From Myxococcota bacterium (GTDB lineage: Bacteria > Myxococcota_A > UBA796 > GCA-2862545), in NCBI GenBank assembly GCA_039208735.1, contig JBCCQY010000221.1, forward strand, positions 1 to 12,063: a DNA stretch of 12,063 nucleotides, given 5' to 3'. Under the pieces are notes generated by a model, which ran no database searches, had not been told where the DNA came from, and saw only the letters and a list, made by a program, of their open reading frames with translations. The translations under genes were made by a program, and so were the position numbers. Below are positions 6,360 through 12,063 of this stretch, piece by piece; position 1 is the first letter of the stretch; every line of letters starts with the position of its first letter.

Positions 6360-9058
6360 GGGAAGAGCCTCGCCTCGATACCGATGTTGGGGATGAAGGG
6401 GAGCCCGCGAACGTAGGCGAACTCCGTAAAGTCGTAGTTATAAATTGTGAATTCTGGATTCACGCCACGAACTGTGTTGAGCAGATCGACGTAGGTGTTG
6501 AGCTGCCATTTGCGGAACGTCCAGACGCGGTCAAAGCGAAGGCTCGTCTGGAAGAACGGGGGCACTCGATCGTCGTTGATCTGCCCCACTCGAAAGCCCG
6601 AATAGCTGTCCGTATCGGCATCGTAGATGCCCGCGTTGAACACGCTGGACGGATTGCCGGTGACGTACTGGACCTGCAACGAGACGCCGAAGTCCTTGGG
6701 CAAGTCAAAGCCGGCTTGGGCCGAGAAAATGTGGGTCTGATCGAAGTCGAACGGGAACCAGCAGGGGCCCGTCCCCAACAGCCGATTCTCGGGCGACGAC
6801 CCCTCATCAACACACTCGAAGGGGTCCCGGCGGGTCGCCCGTGACAGGGTGTAGCTGATCCAGCCAAAGAACCGGCCTACCGGGTCGTGGCGGGCCATCA
6901 ACTCAAAGCCGTAGGCTCGACCGTCGCCGCCGTTGATGAAGGGGTTGCTCCCCGGCCCGCCAAACCCCTCGTTGAACACGACCAGGTCTGACATCTGCCG
7001 GTAGAACAAGTCGACGTCGTAGGTGACCGCCTTCGATAGACGCTGCTCCCAACCAAAGGTGGTCGACCAGCTCTGTTCGAAGCTGACCGTCGACGCCGTG
7101 CCAAGGCCGATCGCTTCCTGGGGTTGCGGAGGCTGGTGGTAGAGCCCCGTGGCAGCCTTCAAGGCGAACCGATTGGGCACGATTTGGATGCGAGTGAGGA
7201 CCCGCGGATCCCAAGAAGAATACGACGTGACCGCGCGATCTCCGGTCCCCGTGATGGAGCCGTCTGCGGTGAATCGCACGTAGTTGAACCGCAACCCGGG
7301 TGAGAGCAGCCAACGGTCAGAGCCCCCGATGGGCTTGAGGTTCAATCGAATGAACGGATCCGGCGAAAACAGCGTCCCCGTTCCATCGAAGCCGACCGGC
7401 TCGCGTTCGGCCAACGGATCTTCGGCCGCCTCAAACGAGACCGCCGACCGGAAGTCGAACCGATACCGCCCGCCAAGCATGTCGATGCCTGCGATGGCCT
7501 CGAGGTGCGGCACCGGCTGGTAGGCCAACTGCGCACGAACCTGGGGTAGCAAGTTGCGGTTTTCAAGTCGGAACTCGCTTCCTAAACCCGTATTCGTGAA
7601 ATCGATACCGATGCTCGGTACGAACTCGAACTCGAGGCTCGAGGACAGCTGATCTCGGTAGATACCGATGAATCGCTGCGATCCGTAGCGAACCGACAGA
7701 TCCCCTTGGGTGTCCTGGTCCGACCCCTGAGCAAAGTCATCGGGGGTCGACACGGTCAGGAGATCATCAGAGCCGTAGACGAACAGCGAAAGGGTTCGAT
7801 CTCCTGGCAATTTGGGCACCCATTTGGCTTGGTAGTCCCAATACCGAGGCCGAAGGGCAAAATCCGAGTTCCCAAGGAAGAACGGCAATAAAGCATCTAC
7901 GTAGGATCGACGAGCGGCCACCGCGAGCCCATGTTGCTTGTTTTTGCCAAGGCGACCCTCGTAGTAGACCTGCGCGTCGAGGACGTCAGCTCCGAACACG
8001 ATTTTGCCGTTCTCATCGAACTCCGACTTCGTGTTGACGTTGACTGTACCGCCCATGGTACGGCCGTACTTGACGCCGTAGCCGCCTGGCAGGTAGTCCA
8101 CCGACTCGAACAGATCGGGGGACAGGATCGAGGTGGTTCCGGTGAGGTGGTAGATCAGCGGAACGCGAATCCCGTCGATGTAGACGCCCGAATCCTCGGG
8201 ATCGGCACCTCGAATGACTAAAAACCCAGTCCCAAACGGCGTCCGGGCCGCTCCTGGAAGGGTTTGGATGACCTTGAGCGGGTCGCCGAACGTGCCAGGA
8301 ATCCGCTTGACTTCGTCGATCGTGATGGTCCGGCGCGTGACCTCGGTCTTCTCGCGCTCCCCGGTCACCACCAGCTCGTAGTCCGCTTCGACATTGCGTT
8401 CGGGTCGAAGGTAGAGCGTCGCGTTGGACACCTGACCTTCGACGACATCGACCATCTCGATCAGCTCGTCGTAACCAACGTTCAAGACCCGCAAACGAGC
8501 GGTCCCGGTGGGAACTCCGCGAAGCTCACAGCGCCCATTGTCGTCGGTCGCGCTTGTGATGTCGGCCCCGTCAACCACGACCAGCACCCCCTCGAGAGGC
8601 TGCTGGGTGGCCATCTCGAGGACCACCCCTTCGAGATTGACGGGCGGCAGCACCGGCGCCTCGGGCTCGTCCGGCTCGAGGCGGAACCCGTAATCGAACT
8701 CGAAGACCACAGGAATGGGGCCTTCCTCGGTCCGAGCCGGTGCAAACGTCATCTGTTGGATGGCCGCCACGGCCGCCTCATCGAAGCCGTAGCCGACCGG
8801 ATCGACCACCTCGATGTTCTCGACCCCTCCCTCGGCATTCAATTGAATCCGCACCGTGACCACCGCTTCAAGGCCTTGTGCCAAGGCTTCCGGTGGATAC
8901 GGCGCTTCGACGTACTGCACGATGGAAGGGCCTTCGACGATGCTAGGGCCTTCGTCTTCGGGCACCTCGGAAGCAGGCGCGTCATCACCAGGGGCAGGCG
9001 GGGCCTGCGCAAACGCGCTCCAGGCGGTCAACAACCAAATCATCATAAGAGGCGGCAT
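6356..9058 (-). CDS. TonB-dependent receptor with N-terminal TonB C-terminal domain and carboxypeptidase-regulatory-like domain
   Basis: Signal peptide (MMIWLLTAWSAFA), TonB_C (YPPEALAQGLEAVVTVRIQLNAEGGVENIEV...GYGFDEAAVAAIQQMTFAPA), CarboxypepD_reg-like (LEGVVLEMATQQPLEGVLV...TDDNGR), TonB-box-like ELVVTGE, plug (IPGTFGDPLKVIQTLPG...YIDGIRVP..YH), and a long beta-barrel ending IGIEARLFP. Start uncertain (9058, 9046 or 9043). Confidence 0.9.
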   Translation of the reverse strand: MPPLMMIWLLTAWSAFAQAPPAPGDDAPASEVPEDEGPSIVEGPSIVQYVEAPYPPEALAQGLEAVVTVRIQLNAEGGVENIEVVDPVGYGFDEAAVAAIQQMTFAPARTEEGPIPVVFEFDYGFRLEPDEPEAPVLPPVNLEGVVLEMATQQPLEGVLVVVDGADITSATDDNGRCELRGVPTGTARLRVLNVGYDELIEMVDVVEGQVSNATLYLRPERNVEADYELVVTGEREKTEVTRRTITIDEVKRIPGTFGDPLKVIQTLPGAARTPFGTGFLVIRGADPEDSGVYIDGIRVPLIYHLTGTTSILSPDLFESVDYLPGGYGVKYGRTMGGTVNVNTKSEFDENGKIVFGADVLDAQVYYEGRLGKNKQHGLAVAARRSYVDALLPFFLGNSDFALRPRYWDYQAKWVPKLPGDRTLSLFVYGSDDLLTVSTPDDFAQGSDQDTQGDLSVRYGSQRFIGIYRDQLSSSLEFEFVPSIGIDFTNTGLGSEFRLENRNLLPQVRAQLAYQPVPHLEAIAGIDMLGGRYRFDFRSAVSFEAAEDPLAEREPVGFDGTGTLFSPDPFIRLNLKPIGGSDRWLLSPGLRFNYVRFTADGSITGTGDRAVTSYSSWDPRVLTRIQIVPNRFALKAATGLYHQPPQPQEAIGLGTASTVSFEQSWSTTFGWEQRLSKAVTYDVDLFYRQMSDLVVFNEGFGGPGSNPFINGGDGRAYGFELMARHDPVGRFFGWISYTLSRATRRDPFECVDEGSSPENRLLGTGPCWFPFDFDQTHIFSAQAGFDLPKDFGVSLQVQYVTGNPSSVFNAGIYDADTDSYSGFRVGQINDDRVPPFFQTSLRFDRVWTFRKWQLNTYVDLLNTVRGVNPEFTIYNYDFTEFAYVRGLPFIPNIGIEARLFP

Positions 9059-9161
9059 CCAGGGGTGGTCGACGTGGCAGACCGTAACGCCCGGGGGCGG
9101 TGGCCATGTCATGCTTTCCCGCGGGTGTACAACCGTCAACGTTCGCGTGAAAACGCAGGAA

Positions 9162-9347
9162 CTACTTCCGGTCCGCGATGCGCATCGTCTTCTTGTCGAC
9201 CTTGGAGGTCGTCCGGTATCGGCGGCGACCCAGGCGTTCCGCGAGGCCTCGGTTGGCAATCCGTTTCCAGAGAGCAGGACATGTCTTGCAACGCTTCGTC
9301 TTTGCGCAGCAGGTCTTTTTGACCTTGACGTCCTTCCCGGCCTTCAT
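9162..9347 (-). CDS. Small basic hypothetical protein (61 aa) with CC-x5-C-x2-CP motif
   Basis: MKAGKDVKVKKTCCAKTKRCKTCPALWKRIANRGLAERLGRRRYRTTSKVDKKTMRIADRK. GC-rich third positions, and Lys-rich content unlike shadow ORFs in high-GC DNA. Fills the tRNA-receptor gap. No obvious Shine-Dalgarno. Confidence 0.7.
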   Translation of the reverse strand: MKAGKDVKVKKTCCAKTKRCKTCPALWKRIANRGLAERLGRRRYRTTSKVDKKTMRIADRK

Positions 9348-9367
9348 GCTGGACCCAGTTGAAGGAG

Positions 9368-9440
9368 AGGCGCCACCCGGATTCGAACCGGGGAATGGAG
9401 GTTTTGCAAACCTCTCCCTTAACCACTTGGGTATGGCGCC
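9368..9440 (-). tRNA. tRNA-Cys (GCA), CCA not encoded
   Basis: GGCGCCATACCCAAGTGGTTAAGGGAGAGGTTTGCAAAACCTCCATTCCCCGGTTCGAATCCGGGTGGCGCCT: acceptor stem GGCGCCA/TGGCGCC, anticodon stem GAGGT/ACCTC with loop TTGCAAA, T-loop GTTCGAATC, and the U discriminator typical of tRNA-Cys. Confidence 0.97.
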
Positions 9441-9479
9441 AAGACCCACGTGCCTTATCGGGCTTGAAGGGAGTGCGCC

Positions 9480-10235
9480 ATTCTCTCGCTGGTCGTGATC
9501 GCCAAGAATGAGGAAGATCGCATCGCCCGCTGCCTGTGCTCGGTACCAGAGGCTGCGGAACGCTGGGTGCTGCTCGACGACCGGACGCACGATGCAACTG
9601 CCCGCGTAGCCGCACGCTGTGGCGCTCAGGTCGTTCGCGCCCCTTGGGCGGGCCATGTGGCGCAGAAGAACCATGCCCTGGCGCTGGCCACCCAGCCGTG
9701 GGTATTGTCGCTCGATGCAGACGAATGGCTAACCTCCCTCGCCCGTCGGTCGCTTGCTTCGGCCCTGGCCCAGGCTGACGACCGTACGCAAGGGTTCGCG
9801 TTCGCCCGAGCTTCACGGTGGCTCGGACACGATCTACGCCACGGCCATTGGTACCCCGACCGCAAGGTGCGGGTCTGCCGAAACGGGACCGGACGCTGGA
9901 TCGGCGATAACCCCCACGACCACATGGTCGTCGACGGGCCAGTGGCTCGCCTCGCGGGCGACATCGGGCACATCCCCTATCGCCACATCTGGGAGCATCT
10001 CGCAACCATCGATCGCTACACCGCCACCGCGGCCCAAAGCTTGCACAGGCGCAACGTCCACGCCGCTTGGTGGTCCGCCGCCACCCACGCGACGCTACAT
10101 TTCGTGGATGCGATGACACGAAAAACAGCGTGGCGAGACGGGTGGCCGGGCGTGGTCGTGGCCGCGTTGGGCGCAGCCTATTCAGGCCTCAAATGGCAGC
10201 GTCTTCGCCGACGTCAACGAGTGGACGATGGCTAA
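9480..10235 (+). CDS. Glycosyltransferase family 2 (LgtF/KdtX-like LPS core beta-glycosyltransferase)
   Basis: LSLVVIAKNEEDRIARCL.S, W.GHVAQKNHAL, WVLSLDADE (DxD), GHWYPDRKVR, W.GDNPHD, AWRDGWPG. First canonical start is GTG 9495; ATT 9480 is proposed (see findings). Confidence 0.9.
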   Translation: MLSLVVIAKNEEDRIARCLCSVPEAAERWVLLDDRTHDATARVAARCGAQVVRAPWAGHVAQKNHALALATQPWVLSLDADEWLTSLARRSLASALAQADDRTQGFAFARASRWLGHDLRHGHWYPDRKVRVCRNGTGRWIGDNPHDHMVVDGPVARLAGDIGHIPYRHIWEHLATIDRYTATAAQSLHRRNVHAAWWSAATHATLHFVDAMTRKTAWRDGWPGVVVAALGAAYSGLKWQRLRRRQRVDDG

Positions 10236-11256
10236 GCTCTTGCTTCTCACCAAACGTTTGGGGCATGGCTCGGGCACCGCATCGGTCGCCTACGCGTTGG
10301 CGCAGGGCCTCCACGAACGAGGGTGGCCCGTCGAAATCTGGTGTGACGAACCTGGGAATCCTCCCCCGGGCGTCTCCATGAATCGAGGGGTTCATCGCGC
10401 GCCGCGCTCCGATGGGTTGCGAATCGGACTCGATCGCACCCCCCACTGCGACGTGCTTCGATGCAGCGGCGGGGTCCACGAAGCCTGGCGGCGCGTGTTG
10501 CGAACCGATCCCACAAGGTTTTGGCGAGGCTTGGGACCTTCGCGCACCAGCTGGGCCGAACGCCATGCGATGAAGAGCGCCCGCGTCTTGGTGTGCAACT
10601 CCGAGCACGTGGCCCACCAAGTCGCCCAACGGTACCGCCCGCCGCAGCCCCTGCGCGTGGTCCGGAATGGCGTCGATCTTGAGCGGTATCGTCCGAGTCT
10701 CGAGGCGCGGAACCAGGCTCGAGCCCGATGGCGGGTGCCTTCGGGGGGCCGGGTGGCGCTGTTCGTGGCCCATGGCTGGTTTCGCAAGGGCTTTCATGCG
10801 GCGGTTCGGGCCTTTGCACGCGTGGCGGGGCCTCGGGACCGGCTCGTGGTCATGGGTCGAGACAGCCGGGCCCGCCAACGCCTGGCTTGGGCCCGACGAC
10901 AACTCAGCCAGAAGCTGGTCGCCGCCGATGGAACCGACGCGGTGGCGGCGTTGCCCGGCGGTGATGTCCTCGTGCATCCAACGCGCTATGACGCCTCCGC
11001 GAACGTCGTTCTCCAGGCCATGGCGTGCGGGGTCCCGCCCGTGACGACGCTCTTCGACGGAGCGGCCGAGATCGTCGAGGACCGGAGATTGATCGTGGCG
11101 AATCCTGACGACGACATCGCGATCGCAGCATCGATCCGTCATGCGTGGGAAGCTCGGCACACTGGTGCGCGTTGTCATGACGTGGCCAAGCGCTGGCCCA
11201 CTTCTCGCATGGTCGAGGGCATGGCGACGATCGTGGAGGAGCTCCTACATGGCTGA
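10228..11256 (+). CDS. Glycosyltransferase family 4 (WaaG/RfaG-like)
   Basis: VCNSEHV, VVRNGVDLERYRP, LFVAHGWFRKG, DVLVHPTRYDASANVVLQAMACGVPPVTT...GAAEIV. 8-nt overlap with the GT2 gene. Confidence 0.88.
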   Translation: MAKLLLLTKRLGHGSGTASVAYALAQGLHERGWPVEIWCDEPGNPPPGVSMNRGVHRAPRSDGLRIGLDRTPHCDVLRCSGGVHEAWRRVLRTDPTRFWRGLGPSRTSWAERHAMKSARVLVCNSEHVAHQVAQRYRPPQPLRVVRNGVDLERYRPSLEARNQARARWRVPSGGRVALFVAHGWFRKGFHAAVRAFARVAGPRDRLVVMGRDSRARQRLAWARRQLSQKLVAADGTDAVAALPGGDVLVHPTRYDASANVVLQAMACGVPPVTTLFDGAAEIVEDRRLIVANPDDDIAIAASIRHAWEARHTGARCHDVAKRWPTSRMVEGMATIVEELLHG

Positions 11257-12063
11257 GGCTGAAACGACGACCCTCGGGCAACGCATCGGCTCGTGGTTCC
11301 GCTGGATCGCTGGCGCTTCGGTGCTTATCGGCACCATCGTCGGGATCGGAACCGTGGTGGCCATCGTGGTCGGCGTGGTGCTGTACCAGAACTATGTGGT
11401 GCTGAACCCAGGACCCCATGTCGAGCGAGACCACATTCGCTCGATCATTGCACAGGAATCACCCGTTTACTACGCGGATGGTTCGACCCGTGTGGGCGTG
11501 TTCTTCGACGAAGAGCACCGCCAATACACCTCGTTCGAGGAACTGCCTCCGGCCTACGTCCTCTCGATCATTGCGGCCGAGGATGACCGGTACTGGAACC
11601 ATTGGGGCATCGACCCCGTGGGCATCCTGCGCGCAATGCGCCTCAACCTTTCGGCCGGGGGCGTCGTGGCCGGCGGGTCCACGCTGACCCAGCAGACGGC
11701 GAAGAACATCTACTACCGGCCTGACCGGAGCCTCCGCGCGAAGGGCATCGAGTTCCTGAACGCGTTGCGGCTTGAGCACCGCTACTCGAAGCCCGAAATC
11801 CTCGAGTTCTACGCCAACCAATTCTATGTGTCGGGCAATGGTCGCGGACTCGGCATCGGCGCGCGCCACTTCTTCAACAAGGATGTGTCGCGGCTCACGT
11901 TGGCCGAATGCGCCTTCCTCGCCGGCCTCGTCAAGGGCCCGGCCAACTACGACCCCTTCCTCGGCAGCGCGGCCCGCAGCGAACGCAACACCGAGCGCGC
12001 CCACAACCGCACCCGCTACGTCTTGGGACGTCTCGTCGAGGAAGATGCGGCGCGGTTGGTTCG
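11249..12063 (+). CDS. Class A penicillin-binding protein (PBP1A-like), transglycosylase GT51 domain; runs off the window
   Basis: Not in the ORF track. ATG 11249 with GGAGGAG Shine-Dalgarno. MAEAETTTLGQRIGSWFRW, an N-terminal transmembrane helix, then AAEDDRYWNHWGID, GGSTLTQQTAKN, RAKGIE, SKPEILEFYAN and LAECAFLAGLVKGP, matching the GT51 motifs. Confidence 0.92.
   Translation, partial: MAEAETTTLGQRIGSWFRWIAGASVLIGTIVGIGTVVAIVVGVVLYQNYVVLNPGPHVERDHIRSIIAQESPVYYADGSTRVGVFFDEEHRQYTSFEELPPAYVLSIIAAEDDRYWNHWGIDPVGILRAMRLNLSAGGVVAGGSTLTQQTAKNIYYRPDRSLRAKGIEFLNALRLEHRYSKPEILEFYANQFYVSGNGRGLGIGARHFFNKDVSRLTLAECAFLAGLVKGPANYDPFLGSAARSERNTERAHNRTRYVLGRLVEEDAARLV

Noticed and set aside
9059..9161. Cobalamin riboswitch or Fur box upstream of the TonB-dependent receptor
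   Set aside because: Only about 100 nt with scattered GGGAA/GCCAC words and no complete B12 box; no AT-rich GATAAT-type repeat. An Rfam scan would settle it.
9368..9440. tRNA-Cys as the attachment site of an integrated element
   Set aside because: No integrase and no duplicated tRNA 3' end seen in the window.
9136..11178. Minus-strand ORFs 9136..10119, 9162..9674 (full length) and 10189..11178
   Set aside because: They run through the tRNA or antisense to the glycosyltransferases; only the last 61 codons of 9162..9674 look coding.
1..12063. CRISPR array, transposase, phage or defence genes
   Set aside because: No regularly spaced repeats or recognisable motifs; almost all the sequence is explained by the listed genes.

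Overview
High-GC bacterial DNA, most likely Myxococcota or a related lineage. On the minus strand, right to left: tRNA-Cys(GCA), a 61-aa basic Cys-motif microprotein, a TonB-dependent receptor with a fused N-terminal TonB C-terminal domain, a translationally coupled lipoprotein, and a Glt/Nfs-type envelope machinery operon (two paralogous outer-membrane beta-barrels, a GltC-like and a GltD/AgmU-like TPR protein). The gltD-like gene is cut off at about position 141, where it joins head-on to a fragment of an unrelated TRAP transporter DctP gene; this is probably a chimeric junction. On the plus strand, a divergent operon encodes a GT2 and a GT4 glycosyltransferase and a class A penicillin-binding protein that runs off the window. 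Family calls come from motif recognition only; no searches were run.
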